In this document: positions 49,272 through 61,288 of the stretch, piece by piece
Position numbering within the stretch: the stretch's first letter is position 1
Layout: every line of letters starts with the position of its first letter
Source: an uncultured Pelagibacteraceae bacterium
GTDB taxonomy: Bacteria; Pseudomonadota; Alphaproteobacteria; Pelagibacterales; Pelagibacteraceae
Length of the DNA stretch: 64,000 nt
Assembly: GCA_902543575.1 (NCBI GenBank)
Contig: CACBYV010000004.1
Location: 47,558-111,557 of the forward strand
Reading direction: 5' to 3'
Notes under the pieces: model-generated
Seen by the model: only the letters and a program-made list of their open reading frames with translations
Databases searched by the model: none
Told to the model about the DNA's origin: nothing
Made by a program: the position numbers and the translations under genes

Positions 49272-50108
49272 GTGTCTAAAATTCAATTAAGTAAAAGTTT
49301 TATAAAATCATCATGTAAATTGGCTTTGAATGAGGACTTATATCCATCAGGCGATATTACTTCAGAACTAATTGAAAAAAACATTAAAAAAAAAGTTAAA
49401 ATGATATGTAATCAAAATGGAATTTTAGGTGGGATAGATTTTGCTAAAGAGACCTTTAAATTAGTAGATAGAAAAATAAATTTTAAAAATAAAAAAAAAG
49501 ATGGATCTCGAATAAGAAAAGGCGATGTAGTTGCGACTATTGATGGTAACCTAAAAAATATTCTAACTGGCGAAAGAGTAGCATTAAACTTTGTTTCCCA
49601 TATTTCTGGAATAGCAACGAAAACAAATATGTTTGTAAAAAAAGTTAGAAAAAAAACTAAAATATGCTGCACAAGAAAAACGATCCCAAATCTTAGAGTA
49701 ATCCAAAAATATGCTGTAAAATTAGGTGGTGGAACAAACCACAGATTTAACTTAAGTGATGAATACTTAATAAAAGACAACCATATAAGTTCTGAAAAAA
49801 ATTTTGAAAATTTAATTCAAAGAGCCATAAAAAAGAAGGGAAGAAAAAAAATTACAGTAGAGGTTGATAATTTATCTCAGTTAAAGAAAATATTGGGCCT
49901 GAAATTTGATAGAATTTTGTTTGATAATATGAGTTCAAAAAATTTAAAAAAAGCAGTCAAAATGTCTAGGAAATTTTATGAAACTGAAGCATCAGGAGGA
50001 ATTAACTTAAAGAATGTTAAAAATGTTTCCTTTACTGGTGTAGATAGAATTTCCGTAGGATCTTTGACTCATTCAATAAATGCATTAGACTTAAAATTGG
50101 AAATATAA
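49272..50108 (+). CDS. nadC: nicotinate-nucleotide pyrophosphorylase (quinolinate phosphoribosyltransferase)
   Basis: 278 aa. GTG start. TRKTIPNLR, GGGTNHRFNLSD, VEVDNL motifs. Follows nadA. Confidence 0.88.
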   Translation: MSKIQLSKSFIKSSCKLALNEDLYPSGDITSELIEKNIKKKVKMICNQNGILGGIDFAKETFKLVDRKINFKNKKKDGSRIRKGDVVATIDGNLKNILTGERVALNFVSHISGIATKTNMFVKKVRKKTKICCTRKTIPNLRVIQKYAVKLGGGTNHRFNLSDEYLIKDNHISSEKNFENLIQRAIKKKGRKKITVEVDNLSQLKKILGLKFDRILFDNMSSKNLKKAVKMSRKFYETEASGGINLKNVKNVSFTGVDRISVGSLTHSINALDLKLEI

Positions 50109-50111
50109 AAT

Positions 50112-52775
50112 TTAATTTAATTTTTTTAATTGAGCTTGAGCAGCAGCAAGTCTTGCAATAGGCACTCTATATGGTGAACAGGATACATAGTCTAAACCAG
50201 CGCGTGCACAAAAGTCGATACTTTTAGGGTCACCTCCGTGTTCACCGCATATACCAAGTTTAATTTTTTTGTTAATTTTTCTACCTTTTTTTGTTGCAAT
50301 TTCTATCAAATCCCCAACTCCGTCGTCTATAGAAACAAATGGATCAACATCGAAAATTTTATTATCAATATAATCATTTAAAAACTTACCACTATCATCT
50401 CTGCTAATTCCAAAAGTTGTTTGTGTTAAATCATTAGTACCAAAACTAAAGAATTCTGCATGTTTAGATATATCATCTGCTTTGATTGCTGCTCTAGGGA
50501 GCTCAATCATTGTACCCACTAAAAAATTTAGTTTTGTTTTAGTTTTGTTTTCAACTTCTTTTGCAACTTTAATTACTAAATCTTTCATTATTTTTATTTC
50601 TGCTTCAGTCGATACCAAAGGTATCATGATCTCTGGAATAATAGATTTTATGTTTAGTTTTTTACATTCAACTAATGCATGAAAAATCGCAGTACACTGC
50701 ATCTCGTATATCTCTGGAAATGATATACCCAATCTACAACCTCTATGACCGAGCATTGGATTTTGTTCGTGCAGTTCTGTTATTCTAACCTCTAATTCAG
50801 AACTTTTGATATTTAAAGCATTTGCTACATCGCTAATTTCTTTTTGATTTTTTGGTAAAAATTCATGAAGTGGTGGATCTAATAATCTAACTGTAACCGG
50901 GAGACCATTCATAATTTTAAAGATATCAATAAAATCTTTTTTTTGAAAAGGAAGTAGTTTCTTTAAAGCATTAGCCCTATCTTCTTTTGATTTTGATAAA
51001 ATCATTTCTCTCACAGATAAAATTCGCTCTTCATCAAAAAACATATGTTCAGTTCTACAAAGACCTATTCCTTCAGCTCCAAATTCTCTAGCAGCTTTAC
51101 TATCTAGAGGCGTTTCAGAATTAGTTCTAATTTTTAGTTTTCTAAATTTATCAGCCCAGCTCATAAGTTTAGAAAAATCTCTTGAAATTTCAGGTTTAAC
51201 AGTTTTAACCTCTCCTTTTATAATTCTACCAGTTGATCCATCAATAGTAATTAAATCACCTTCTTTAATTTCATTATTTTTCGTTTTAAAAATTTTATTT
51301 TGGTAATCTATTTCTATTTCGCTTGAACCAGATACACAAGGTCTGCCCATTCCTCTTGCAACTACTGCAGCATGACTGGTCATTCCTCCTCTTGCAGTAA
51401 GAATTCCTTTAGCTGCATGCATTCCATTAATATCTTCAGGTGATGTTTCTACTCTTACTAGGATTGTATTTTGCATCATTCCATTTAATCTCTCAGCTTC
51501 ATCAGAAGTAAATACTACTTTTCCACTAGCTGCTCCTGGCGAAGCTGGAAGGCCTTTGGCTATTACCTCTAAATATGCTGTTTCATCCAAAGTTGGATGA
51601 AGCAAAGTATCTAATGAATTTGGCTGTACTCTTAGCACTGCTTCTTTTTTTGTTATAAGTTTTTCCATTGCCATATCGACAGCAATTTTTACTGATGATT
51701 TTGCAGTTCTTTTTCCAGATCTTGTTTGCAACATCCATAACTTATTATTTTCAACTGTGAACTCTACATCCTGCATATCTTTATAATGCTTCTCTAGTTT
51801 GATAAGAATATTTTTTAGATTTTTGTAAACTCTAGGCATAGACTCCTCCATTGAAAGAAGTGTCTCTTTTGCATCTTTTCTAGCTTTCTTGGTTATATGT
51901 TGGGGGGTCCTTGTTCCCGCAACAACATCTTCTCCTTGAGCATTTATCAAATATTCACCATAGATTTCATTGATTCCATTTGAAGGATTACGTGTAAATA
52001 CAACACCTGTCGCACAATCATCACCCATATTACCAAAAACCATGGACTGAACATTTACTGCAGTTCCCCACTCTGAAGGTATATGATTTAATTTTCTGTA
52101 AACCTTTGCTCTGTTACTCTCCCATGACAAAAAGACTGCACTAATTGCACCTAGTAATTGTTCATTAATATTTTGAGGAAAATTTTTTTTTGTTTTTTCT
52201 CTTACAATATTTTTAAAGTCTTTGATCAATCCATCCCAATCATCTTCATCCAAATCAGTGTCTAGCAAAACACCTTTTGTAAGTTTGTAATTTTCAATTA
52301 ATTCTTCAAAATTGTAACTTTCAACACCCATAACAACATTTGCATACATTTGTATAAATCTTCTATAACTATCTTTTGCAAATCTCATATTTGATGTTTT
52401 ATTTGCTAAAGCAATCACAGTTTTGTCATTTAGTCCAAGATTTAAAATAGTATCCATCATTCCTGGCATGGATACTCTCGCGCCAGATCTTACAGATAAC
52501 AACAAAGGATTTTTCAAATCTCCAAATTTTTTACCAGAATCTTTTTCAATATTTTTTAATTCTTTATTTATTTCATTTATGATTTTAGGCTTTAATTTCT
52601 TTTTATTTTTATAAAATAAATCACAAACTTCAGTAGAAATCGTAAATCCAGGTGGGACAGGTAAACCCATCCTTCCCATTTCTGATAAATTTGCACCTTT
52701 GCCTCCTAAAATATTTTTTGGGTTTTTTATTTTTATTGTGTCTTTAGATTTAAAATTAAAAACTAATTTTGGCAT
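50112..52775 (-). CDS. ppdK: pyruvate, phosphate dikinase
   Basis: 887 aa. Phosphohistidine motif GGMTSHAAVVARG, C-terminal PEP-utilising domain (GICGEHGGDP). Confidence 0.95.
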   Translation of the reverse strand: MPKLVFNFKSKDTIKIKNPKNILGGKGANLSEMGRMGLPVPPGFTISTEVCDLFYKNKKKLKPKIINEINKELKNIEKDSGKKFGDLKNPLLLSVRSGARVSMPGMMDTILNLGLNDKTVIALANKTSNMRFAKDSYRRFIQMYANVVMGVESYNFEELIENYKLTKGVLLDTDLDEDDWDGLIKDFKNIVREKTKKNFPQNINEQLLGAISAVFLSWESNRAKVYRKLNHIPSEWGTAVNVQSMVFGNMGDDCATGVVFTRNPSNGINEIYGEYLINAQGEDVVAGTRTPQHITKKARKDAKETLLSMEESMPRVYKNLKNILIKLEKHYKDMQDVEFTVENNKLWMLQTRSGKRTAKSSVKIAVDMAMEKLITKKEAVLRVQPNSLDTLLHPTLDETAYLEVIAKGLPASPGAASGKVVFTSDEAERLNGMMQNTILVRVETSPEDINGMHAAKGILTARGGMTSHAAVVARGMGRPCVSGSSEIEIDYQNKIFKTKNNEIKEGDLITIDGSTGRIIKGEVKTVKPEISRDFSKLMSWADKFRKLKIRTNSETPLDSKAAREFGAEGIGLCRTEHMFFDEERILSVREMILSKSKEDRANALKKLLPFQKKDFIDIFKIMNGLPVTVRLLDPPLHEFLPKNQKEISDVANALNIKSSELEVRITELHEQNPMLGHRGCRLGISFPEIYEMQCTAIFHALVECKKLNIKSIIPEIMIPLVSTEAEIKIMKDLVIKVAKEVENKTKTKLNFLVGTMIELPRAAIKADDISKHAEFFSFGTNDLTQTTFGISRDDSGKFLNDYIDNKIFDVDPFVSIDDGVGDLIEIATKKGRKINKKIKLGICGEHGGDPKSIDFCARAGLDYVSCSPYRVPIARLAAAQAQLKKLN

Positions 52776-54839
52776 TTATGCTTCTATTTTTGAAAAGTTA
52801 AAATAATTATCGAAGCTTTTACACAACATTTTTAAAAGTTCTAGTCTGTTTTTTTTAATTAATTCTTCTTGATCATTAACTATTACATTATCAAAAAACT
52901 CATTAACCTCTATTTTGGCACTAGAGAGTGTTTTAAGACTTTCATCATAATCCTCGTCTCTACCTATGCTTGAAAAATACTTTCTTATAGTATGTATTTT
53001 TTTATAAAGATTTTTTTCATAATCATTTTTAAAGAGACCAGGATCGGCAGAACCAACAATTTCTAGTTTTGATTTACTTTCGCTATTTAAAATATTTGCA
53101 GATCTTTTATAAATTGCAATAACATCAAGACCGAAATCTTTTTTAATATTTTTATTCAAATTTAATGATTTATTAAAAATTTTTAGTAAATCATCTATTC
53201 CATAAGAATTAGTGGAGCATTCAATAATATCCGACCTAATATTTTTTTCTTTTAAATAATTTTTTAATCTATCTAAAATAAAATCTCCCAATTCATAATT
53301 TATCAATTTTGAGTCAAAAGAGTAATTTTGCTCTTTGTATAAATTTATTGAATAATTTATTAGATCTCTTAATTTTATTTTTTTTTGATTTTCAATTATT
53401 AACCTTAATAAACTAATTGCCATTCTTCTTAAAGCATAAGGATCTTTTGAACTAGTTGGTTTGAGATTAATTCCAAAAAATCCAACTAAAGAGTCAATTT
53501 TGTCACTTAACGATAATGCTATGCTGTATGGTTTTTTTGGAACTTTACTATCAATTCCACTTGGTAAGTAATGCTCTGAAACAGCTAAACTTATTTCTTC
53601 GTCAAAACCTTGCTCTCTTGCGAAATATCCACCCATTACGCCTTGTAATTCGGGAAACTCTCCAACTAAATCCGACATCAAATCTACTTTGCAAATTGAG
53701 GAGGCAATTTCTATCTTTTCTTTACTTATTAAAAGTTCATCTGATATTCTTCCGCTAAGTTTTCTTACTCTTTGTATTTTATCAAAATAACTTCCCAACC
53801 CCTTAAAATAATTAATTTGCTTCAATCTAGACACCTGTTTAACTAAATTTTGAGACTTATTTCTATTCCAAAAAAATTCTGCATCTGCCAACCTTGCATC
53901 TACAACATTTTGATTTCCTAATTTAACTAATCCCTTTTTGTCATTGCAATCTGCTACAACTATAAAATTATTTGTTATTTTATTTTTGCTATCAAATGTA
54001 GGAAAATATTTTTGGTGATTCTGCATTGTTATAATAAGTATTTCTTGTGGAATTTCTAAAAATTTCTTATTAAACTCACAAACTAAAATTTTTGGTTTTT
54101 CAACAATATTTATTATTTCGTCCAACAGTTTTTCATTCACTTTTATATGAATTTTTTTTTGATTAGTTGCCTTGTTTATTTCTTTAATTATAAATTCTTT
54201 CCTTTTATCTTGATCAATTGTTACTCCTTTTTGTTTAAAAAATTTTATATAAGATTTAAAATCATCAAAATTTTTTACGTCATCTTCTAGATCTTTATCT
54301 GTAAAAGTTTTATTCGAACTATGTAAATGGTTTAATTTAAATTCAATTATTTTTTTATCAAATATAGCTAATATTGATTTTAACGGTCTTCCCCAATATA
54401 AATCATGATTGCCCCATTTCATTGATTTTTTCCATGAAATTTTTAAAAGTAAACTTGCAATACTTTCTTTTAATAAATCGTATGTTTTTATTTTTTGCGA
54501 TGGTTTGTTGTAGAAGTAAAATATGCCTTTTTCAGTGCTTTTTTTGAAAACTTTTTCTTTACTTATTTTATTGGATTTTAAAAATCCTTCCAAAGCCTTT
54601 TCTGGAGCATTTATATTAGGACCTCTAATTTCCTCTGCTTTTTTTATTACATCTTTAGATATCTTATTTATATGAACAATGAGCCTATTTGGAGTTGAAA
54701 AAATATTAATCTTACCTTTAACTATAATTTCATTATCATCAAAAAATTTTTTAAAAATTTGTGTTAATTCATGTCTAGCATTGATTTGTAATCTGGAAGG
54801 TATTTCTTCACTAAATAATTCAAGGAAAAATTCAGACAT
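52776..54839 (-). CDS. glyS: glycine--tRNA ligase beta subunit
   Basis: 687 aa. N-terminal FLELFSEEIP. Follows glyQ with a 1-nt gap. Confidence 0.92.
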   Translation of the reverse strand: MSEFFLELFSEEIPSRLQINARHELTQIFKKFFDDNEIIVKGKINIFSTPNRLIVHINKISKDVIKKAEEIRGPNINAPEKALEGFLKSNKISKEKVFKKSTEKGIFYFYNKPSQKIKTYDLLKESIASLLLKISWKKSMKWGNHDLYWGRPLKSILAIFDKKIIEFKLNHLHSSNKTFTDKDLEDDVKNFDDFKSYIKFFKQKGVTIDQDKRKEFIIKEINKATNQKKIHIKVNEKLLDEIINIVEKPKILVCEFNKKFLEIPQEILIITMQNHQKYFPTFDSKNKITNNFIVVADCNDKKGLVKLGNQNVVDARLADAEFFWNRNKSQNLVKQVSRLKQINYFKGLGSYFDKIQRVRKLSGRISDELLISKEKIEIASSICKVDLMSDLVGEFPELQGVMGGYFAREQGFDEEISLAVSEHYLPSGIDSKVPKKPYSIALSLSDKIDSLVGFFGINLKPTSSKDPYALRRMAISLLRLIIENQKKIKLRDLINYSINLYKEQNYSFDSKLINYELGDFILDRLKNYLKEKNIRSDIIECSTNSYGIDDLLKIFNKSLNLNKNIKKDFGLDVIAIYKRSANILNSESKSKLEIVGSADPGLFKNDYEKNLYKKIHTIRKYFSSIGRDEDYDESLKTLSSAKIEVNEFFDNVIVNDQEELIKKNRLELLKMLCKSFDNYFNFSKIEA

Positions 54840-54840
54840 T

Positions 54841-55725
54841 TTAATTTTGTGTTTCTACCCAAATTTTTCCAATTTCTCTTGTTAGATCTCTTATCCTTGC
54901 AATATATTCTGCTCTTTGAGCAACACTTATAACTCCTCTAGCATCTAAAATATTGAACACATGACTTGATTTTAAACATTGATCATATGCTGGAAGAGAA
55001 ATTTTCTTTTCAATTAATGATTTTGCTTCTTCTTCGAGCATATCAAAAATTTTAAATAATTTATCTGTGTTTGCATACTCAAAATTATAGGCTGAAAATT
55101 CTTTTTCAGCTTGATGAAAAACATCTTTGTATAAAACTCCCTCATCATTCCAAATTAAATTAAAAACATTTTTTTTACCTTGAATAAACATACATAATCT
55201 CTCTAAACCATAAGTAATTTCAACAGATATTGGATTGCATTCCATACCTGCCATTTGTTGAAAATAAGTAAATTGAGTAACTTCCATACCATCGCACCAT
55301 ACTTCCCATCCAAGACCAGCAGCACCTAAGGTTGGACTTTCCCAATCATCCTCTACAAATCTGATATCGTGCTCTTCGTATTTAATGCCTACTGATGAAA
55401 GACTATTAAGATACATTTTTTTAATATCTTTTGGTGAAGGTTTTATTAAAACTTGAAATTGATAATAATGTTGCAAACGATTAGGATTTTCTCCATACCT
55501 TCCATCTGTTGGTCTTCTTGATGGTTGAACGTAAGCTGTTTTCCATGGTTTAGAACCTAATGATCTTAGAGTTGTTGCTGGGTGAAATGTTCCTGCACCA
55601 ACTTCTAAATCATAAGGTTGTAAAATAATGCAACCTTTTTTTGACCAGTACTTTTGAAGATTTAAAATTGTATCCTGAAAAGAAATAAATGATTTTGGAT
55701 TTTTTGTTTTTTTTTTAGAAACCAT
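54841..55725 (-). CDS. glyQ: glycine--tRNA ligase alpha subunit
   Basis: 294 aa. Highly conserved [26 protein letters not shown] segment. Confidence 0.95.
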   Translation of the reverse strand: MVSKKKTKNPKSFISFQDTILNLQKYWSKKGCIILQPYDLEVGAGTFHPATTLRSLGSKPWKTAYVQPSRRPTDGRYGENPNRLQHYYQFQVLIKPSPKDIKKMYLNSLSSVGIKYEEHDIRFVEDDWESPTLGAAGLGWEVWCDGMEVTQFTYFQQMAGMECNPISVEITYGLERLCMFIQGKKNVFNLIWNDEGVLYKDVFHQAEKEFSAYNFEYANTDKLFKIFDMLEEEAKSLIEKKISLPAYDQCLKSSHVFNILDARGVISVAQRAEYIARIRDLTREIGKIWVETQN

Positions 55726-56521
55726 ATTTTTGCCAAATAGATCTTTCTTCTAAAACACTTATCAATTTATCCGCATGGTCTTCTGAAGACGAAAGTTTTT
55801 TGGCAAGCCATCCTTTAGATTTTTCAAATTTTTTAATTTCAACATCTTCACCATATTTTTCTCTCAATATTTGTTCTGCATTCCCTATTCCATCTATCAA
55901 ACCAAGTTTTAAAGATGTTTTGCCAGACCAAAATTCTCCAGAAAAAAGCTCAACATCAGTTTTGTTTAATTTTGTTGATCTACTTTCCTCTACAACATTA
56001 ATAAATTCTTGGTGAAGTTCCAGTTGAATATTTTTTAATCTTTGAATGTCCTCTTCTTTCTCGTCTAAAAAGGGGTCCAGAGTACTTTTATTTTTTCCAG
56101 CTGTATAAACCCTTCTTTGAACCCCTATTTTTTGAATTAAATCTTTAAAACCAAAAGAAGAATAAATTACTCCTATTGATCCGATTATAGAACTTGCATT
56201 AGCATAAATCTCATCACCTGCACATGCAATTAGATAGCCTCCAGATGCAGCAACATCTTCAGCAAAAACTATTACTTTTTTTTTGTTTTTCTTAGACTGT
56301 TCTCTAATAAATTTATATATTAGATGTGATTGAACGGGTGAACCACCTGGTGAATTAATTGAAATTGCTACAGCCTCTGCTTTTTTTACTGAAAAAGCTT
56401 TTTTTATCATTTCTTCTTGAGAGGAATATTCTATTCCTTGTTTAAACTTTCCAACATTTCCTATGACACCGGTAAGTCTTAAATGACTAACAATTTTTTT
56501 TTTTTTAAAAAATGAAAACAT
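55715..56521 (-). CDS. sppA: signal peptide peptidase SppA, 36K type (S49 family)
   Basis: 268 aa. INSPGGS and AASGGYLIA catalytic-region motifs. Confidence 0.85.
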   Translation of the reverse strand: MFSFFKKKKIVSHLRLTGVIGNVGKFKQGIEYSSQEEMIKKAFSVKKAEAVAISINSPGGSPVQSHLIYKFIREQSKKNKKKVIVFAEDVAASGGYLIACAGDEIYANASSIIGSIGVIYSSFGFKDLIQKIGVQRRVYTAGKNKSTLDPFLDEKEEDIQRLKNIQLELHQEFINVVEESRSTKLNKTDVELFSGEFWSGKTSLKLGLIDGIGNAEQILREKYGEDVEIKKFEKSKGWLAKKLSSSEDHADKLISVLEERSIWQKYGF

Positions 56522-56629
56522 ACAAATGATTATAAAAATTTTACTTAATTATAAAGCTACTTATAGTTGAAGAATTAGGTGCGTCAATTGATAAGTATAT
56601 TAATAAACTTAATGTAATATTTTGAATTT

Positions 56630-57643
56630 ATGGGTTCAGTAGTTCAATTAAAAAAGCAAATAACTAATGCGTATACAGATTTAGTAAATTCTGTTGATGA
56701 AAAACTAAGTTTAGTTGAAGACAAAATTTCTTATAAATTAGATAGTAAAGTTGAGCTTGTTAAAGAAATGACAACTTACCACATGACTAGTGGAGGTAAA
56801 AGATTAAGAGCATTGCTTACTTTGGAGTGTGCTAAATTGTGTGGATATACAAAAGGTATTAGAGATGTGAACCTAGCTGCATGTGTTGAACTTATACACG
56901 CGGCAACTCTTATGCATGATGATGTAATTGACGGCGCAGATTTAAGAAGAGGCAAAAAAACTACAAATAAAATTTGGGGCAATCAGTCATCAATTCTTGT
57001 TGGGGACTATTTATTAAGTAGATGTTTTGAAATGATGGTTGAGGATGGAAGTATTGAAGTATTAAAACTTTTATCTTCTACATCATCAACTATTGCTCAA
57101 GGAGAAGTTTTGCAATTACAACATAAAGGTGACTCTGAAATGTTAGAAGATACATATTTGAATATAATTTCTTCTAAAACTGCAGCTTTATTTTCAGCAT
57201 CTTCAAAAGTTGGGTCGATAATTACTGATAAAGACAATAAATTTAAAGATGCACTAGAATTCTATGGAAAGAACCTTGGATTAACATTCCAGATTGCAGA
57301 TGACACACTTGACTATAACTCAGAATTAAAAATGTTTGGTAAAGAGATAGGGAAAGATTTCTTTGAGGGCAAGGTAACTCTCCCGATTATTTTATTAAAT
57401 CAAAAATTATCTTCAGATGAAAAATTAGTTTTAAAAAAAATATTTGAACAAAATAACAGATCTAAAGAACAATTTGACTATGTGCTTACATTGGTAAAAA
57501 AATATAATATAATTAATGAGTGTTACAAAAAAGCGGAGCACTATATAGGTTTAGCATCAAATTCATTAAGTATATTTCAAGATTGTGAAGAAAAAACTAT
57601 ACTCAAAAATTTAACTTCATTTAGTATTAAAAGAAAATTTTAA
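56630..57643 (+). CDS. ispB: polyprenyl (octaprenyl-type) diphosphate synthase
   Basis: 337 aa. First and second Asp-rich motifs LMHDDVIDGADLRRG and QIADDTLDY. Confidence 0.88.
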   Translation: MGSVVQLKKQITNAYTDLVNSVDEKLSLVEDKISYKLDSKVELVKEMTTYHMTSGGKRLRALLTLECAKLCGYTKGIRDVNLAACVELIHAATLMHDDVIDGADLRRGKKTTNKIWGNQSSILVGDYLLSRCFEMMVEDGSIEVLKLLSSTSSTIAQGEVLQLQHKGDSEMLEDTYLNIISSKTAALFSASSKVGSIITDKDNKFKDALEFYGKNLGLTFQIADDTLDYNSELKMFGKEIGKDFFEGKVTLPIILLNQKLSSDEKLVLKKIFEQNNRSKEQFDYVLTLVKKYNIINECYKKAEHYIGLASNSLSIFQDCEEKTILKNLTSFSIKRKF

Positions 57644-58263
57644 GGTGATAAGAGAATTTTTTTCCAATCATTATTTTCTTTAATATATTTTAATCTTTCG
57701 TGAATTCTATTTTCACCATCTAACCAGAATTCAATTTCGTGGTGTTTTAACCTCCATCCTGACCAATGATCAGGTCTTGGAACATTATTTTCATCTTTAT
57801 AGAGATCTTTAAATTTTTTTATAGATTGGTTTAGCTCTTCTCTATCTTTTAAAATTGAACTCTGATTTGATGCCCATGCACCAATTCTACTTCCGTAACT
57901 TCTGGATTTATAATAATTATCAGCTTCTTCATCAGAAACTTTTTCAGCAGTACCAACTATTCGAATTTGTCTGAGTAAACTTTTCCAATGAAAACACATC
58001 GAAATGTTTGGATTCTGCTTTATAGAATTTCCCTTATTACTATTAAAGTTAGTGTAAAAAACAAATCCATCCTCTCCATAATCTTTGAGCAATACCATTC
58101 TTACATTCGGATAACCTTTTTCGTTAATAGTGCCTAGAGCTAATGCATTTGGATCATTTATTTCTGTTTTCTTTGCCTCGTTGTACCATTCAGTGAATAA
58201 TAGTATTGGATTATCGAGATCTAGAAAGCATTTATCTAACCCTAAAGAATTTTTTTCGTTCAT
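57640..58263 (-). CDS. pdxH: pyridoxamine 5'-phosphate oxidase
   Basis: 207 aa. PNVRMVLLK, RIGAWASNQS, EFWLDGENRIHER motifs. Confidence 0.9.
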   Translation of the reverse strand: MNEKNSLGLDKCFLDLDNPILLFTEWYNEAKKTEINDPNALALGTINEKGYPNVRMVLLKDYGEDGFVFYTNFNSNKGNSIKQNPNISMCFHWKSLLRQIRIVGTAEKVSDEEADNYYKSRSYGSRIGAWASNQSSILKDREELNQSIKKFKDLYKDENNVPRPDHWSGWRLKHHEIEFWLDGENRIHERLKYIKENNDWKKILLSP

Positions 58264-58295
58264 AATTTAACCAAAATAATTTATATAATAATATA

Positions 58296-59381
58296 ATGTC
58301 TTTTAATACATTTGGAAAATTTTTTCGATTTACTACATGGGGTGAATCTCATGGTCCAGCCATAGGATGTGTTGTTGATGGTTGTCCTCCGAATATTAAG
58401 CTTAATATCAGAGACATTCAGTTAGAATTAAACAAAAGAAAGCCTGGTCAGTCTAAATTCACAACCCAAAGAAAAGAGGATGATAAAGTAGAAATTTTAT
58501 CAGGAACATTTGAGGGTAAAACAACTGGTACACCTATCTCAATGATTATCTTCAATAAAGATATGCGTTCTAGGGATTATAAAAATATTAAAGATAAATT
58601 TAGACCTGGTCATGCTGATTATACATATTTTAAAAAGTATGGAATTAGAGATTATAGAGGTGGAGGCAGACAGTCAGCGAGAGAGACTGCTTCAAGAGTG
58701 GCAGCAGGGGCAATAGCAAAACAAGTTTTGCAAAATATTATTGGGAAAAAGTACAGTGTAATTGGAGCAGTAACACAATTAGGAATACTAGGATGTGACA
58801 CAGAAAAATGGAATGACAGTTTCATCGCAAAAAACCCTTTATTTTGTCCTGATAAAACAGTTTTGAAATTATGGGAAAAATATTTACTTAAGATAAGAAA
58901 AGCTGGCTCATCATGTGGGGCTATTATAGAAGTAAGAGCAAGAGGTGTTCCTGTAGGATTAGGAGCTCCAATTTATTCAAAATTAGATATGGATTTAGCA
59001 TCAGCAATGATGAGTATTAACGCAGTAAAAGGGGTAAATATAGGATCAGGAATGAACTCTGCTCAACTTTCTGGTGAACAAAATTCTGATGAAATGTCCC
59101 AAACAGGAAAGAAAACAAAATTTAAATCGAATAATGCTGGGGGAATTCTTGGAGGTATTTCTAGTGGTCAAGAAATAATAGTTTCTTTTGCAGTAAAACC
59201 AACTTCATCAATTCTTTCTCAAAGAAAAACAATTAATAAATTTGGAAAAAATACTTCAATTTCAGTCACAGGGAGACATGATCCATGTGTAGGTATTAGA
59301 GCAGTGCCTATTGGCGAAGCAATGATGCATTGTGTAATTCTTGATCACTACTTAATGAATAAAGCTCAATGTGGCAATTAA
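58296..59381 (+). CDS. aroC: chorismate synthase
   Basis: 361 aa. [26 protein letters not shown] motifs. Confidence 0.95.
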   Translation: MSFNTFGKFFRFTTWGESHGPAIGCVVDGCPPNIKLNIRDIQLELNKRKPGQSKFTTQRKEDDKVEILSGTFEGKTTGTPISMIIFNKDMRSRDYKNIKDKFRPGHADYTYFKKYGIRDYRGGGRQSARETASRVAAGAIAKQVLQNIIGKKYSVIGAVTQLGILGCDTEKWNDSFIAKNPLFCPDKTVLKLWEKYLLKIRKAGSSCGAIIEVRARGVPVGLGAPIYSKLDMDLASAMMSINAVKGVNIGSGMNSAQLSGEQNSDEMSQTGKKTKFKSNNAGGILGGISSGQEIIVSFAVKPTSSILSQRKTINKFGKNTSISVTGRHDPCVGIRAVPIGEAMMHCVILDHYLMNKAQCGN

Positions 59382-61288
59382 TTAGTTTTTTTAATTAAAA
59401 CTTTAGAATTTAGAGTTTCTAAAACCTTCGCTTCAATAGATTTAGCATCTAGACCAGCTTCTTTATACATTTCTTCTGGTTTATCTTGGTCTAAAAATTT
59501 ATCAGGCAAAATCATTGATCTAAATTTTATATTATTATCTAATAAATTCTTTTCATTTAAGAAATGATTTACATGAGCTCCAAAACCTCCTATAGAGCCT
59601 TCTTCCAACGTAATTAGCACTTCATGATTTGTTGCAACTTGCCACATAAGATTTTCATCCAGAGGTTTTGCAAATCTAGCATCTATAATTGTTGGATTAA
59701 TTCCCATTTTTTTTAAACCTTCTACCGCCAATAGACATTCTTTTAATCTGTTACCAAAACTTACTAAGGCAACTTTCTTACCTTCTCTTATAACTCTACC
59801 TTTTCCAATATCTATTTTTTCATTGATATCAGGTAATTCTAAACCTGCTCCATTTCCTCTTGGATATCTAAATGCACATGGTTGATTATTAATATCTACT
59901 GACGTATTGACCATTCTTACCAATTCTGCTTCATCACTTGCTGCCATAACAATAAAATTAGGTAAAGTTGATAAATAAGTAATATCAAAAGCACCTGCAT
60001 GAGTGGCTCCATCAGCGCCAACTAAACCAGCCCTATCAATTGCAAATCTTACTGGTAAACTTTGAATTGCAACGTCATGAACTACCTGATCATAAGCTCT
60101 TTGTAAAAATGTTGAATAAATTGCTGCATAAGGCTTATAACCCTCTGTTGCTAAACCTGCAGCAAAAGTAACAGCATGTTGTTCAGCAATTCCAACATCA
60201 AAAGTTCTGTCCGGGAAAACTTTACTAAATGCGTCCATTCCTGTCCCAGATGGCATAGCAGCAGTTATACCTACAATTTTACTATCTTTCTTTGCATGCT
60301 CTATTAGTGTATTTGCAAATACCTTTGTAAAAGCAGGAGTTTTAGTTGTTGATTTTTGTTGAACTCCAGTTTGAACATCAAATTTTGTAACTCCATGATA
60401 CTTATCATCAGATTTTTCAGCAAAACTATATCCTTTCCCTTTTTGAGTTTTTATATGAATTAGTATTGGACCATTATGATTACTTTCTTTTGCATTTTTT
60501 AAAATTGGCAATAGTACATCTAAATCATGACCATCAATTGGACCAACATAATAAAAACCTAATGAATTAAATAATGTACCGCCTGTGACAGCCGATCTCA
60601 AAAAATCTTCTGCCTTTCCAGCCTTTTTGCTAAATCTTTTTGAAAATGATGAAATAATCATTTTAACAGTTTCTCTGAAACTAAAATAAATCTTACCTGA
60701 AAAAATTTTAGCAAGATAAGATTTCATTGCGCCAACTGGTTTTGCAATTGACATATCATTGTCATTCAAAATTACGATCATTTTTGTTTTTGAGTCTCCA
60801 GCATTATTCATAGCTTCATATGCCATTCCTGCGCTCATAGCACCGTCACCAATAACTGCTATAACCTGATCTGATTTATTTGATAATTTATTTGCTGTTG
60901 CAATACCAAGTCCAGCAGAAATAGAAGTGGAACTATGAGCTGCACCAAAAGGGTCAAATTCACTTTCCGATCGCTTTGTAAAACCAGATAATCCACTTCC
61001 TTGTCTTAAAGTTCGTATTTTATCTTTTCTTCCTGTTAAAATTTTATGAGGGTATGATTGATGACCAACATCCCATATCAATTTGTCCTTAGGTGTGTCA
61101 AAAACATGATGAAGTGCTACTGTTAATTCTACAACACCTAAGCCCGCACCTAGATGACCACCTGTTTTTGAAACAGCATCAATCATTTCGCTTCTTACTT
61201 CTTCTGATAGAACTTTTAATTCTTCATTATTGAGTTTTTTAATATCTGAAGGAAAATTAATATTATTTAAATATTTGTAATTTTGCAT
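59378..61288 (-). CDS. dxs: 1-deoxy-D-xylulose-5-phosphate synthase
   Basis: 636 aa. [29 protein letters not shown], transketolase-like domains. Confidence 0.95.
   Translation of the reverse strand: MQNYKYLNNINFPSDIKKLNNEELKVLSEEVRSEMIDAVSKTGGHLGAGLGVVELTVALHHVFDTPKDKLIWDVGHQSYPHKILTGRKDKIRTLRQGSGLSGFTKRSESEFDPFGAAHSSTSISAGLGIATANKLSNKSDQVIAVIGDGAMSAGMAYEAMNNAGDSKTKMIVILNDNDMSIAKPVGAMKSYLAKIFSGKIYFSFRETVKMIISSFSKRFSKKAGKAEDFLRSAVTGGTLFNSLGFYYVGPIDGHDLDVLLPILKNAKESNHNGPILIHIKTQKGKGYSFAEKSDDKYHGVTKFDVQTGVQQKSTTKTPAFTKVFANTLIEHAKKDSKIVGITAAMPSGTGMDAFSKVFPDRTFDVGIAEQHAVTFAAGLATEGYKPYAAIYSTFLQRAYDQVVHDVAIQSLPVRFAIDRAGLVGADGATHAGAFDITYLSTLPNFIVMAASDEAELVRMVNTSVDINNQPCAFRYPRGNGAGLELPDINEKIDIGKGRVIREGKKVALVSFGNRLKECLLAVEGLKKMGINPTIIDARFAKPLDENLMWQVATNHEVLITLEEGSIGGFGAHVNHFLNEKNLLDNNIKFRSMILPDKFLDQDKPEEMYKEAGLDAKSIEAKVLETLNSKVLIKKTN

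Noticed and set aside
49412-49780. 122-aa minus-strand ORF inside nadC; also 48814-49035 inside nadA, 62764-63051 inside tsaC, and 41513-41770 opposite miaA
   Set aside because: All are antisense to genes with clear family signatures. Long stop-free antisense frames are expected in AT-rich, Lys/Ile/Asn-rich coding DNA.
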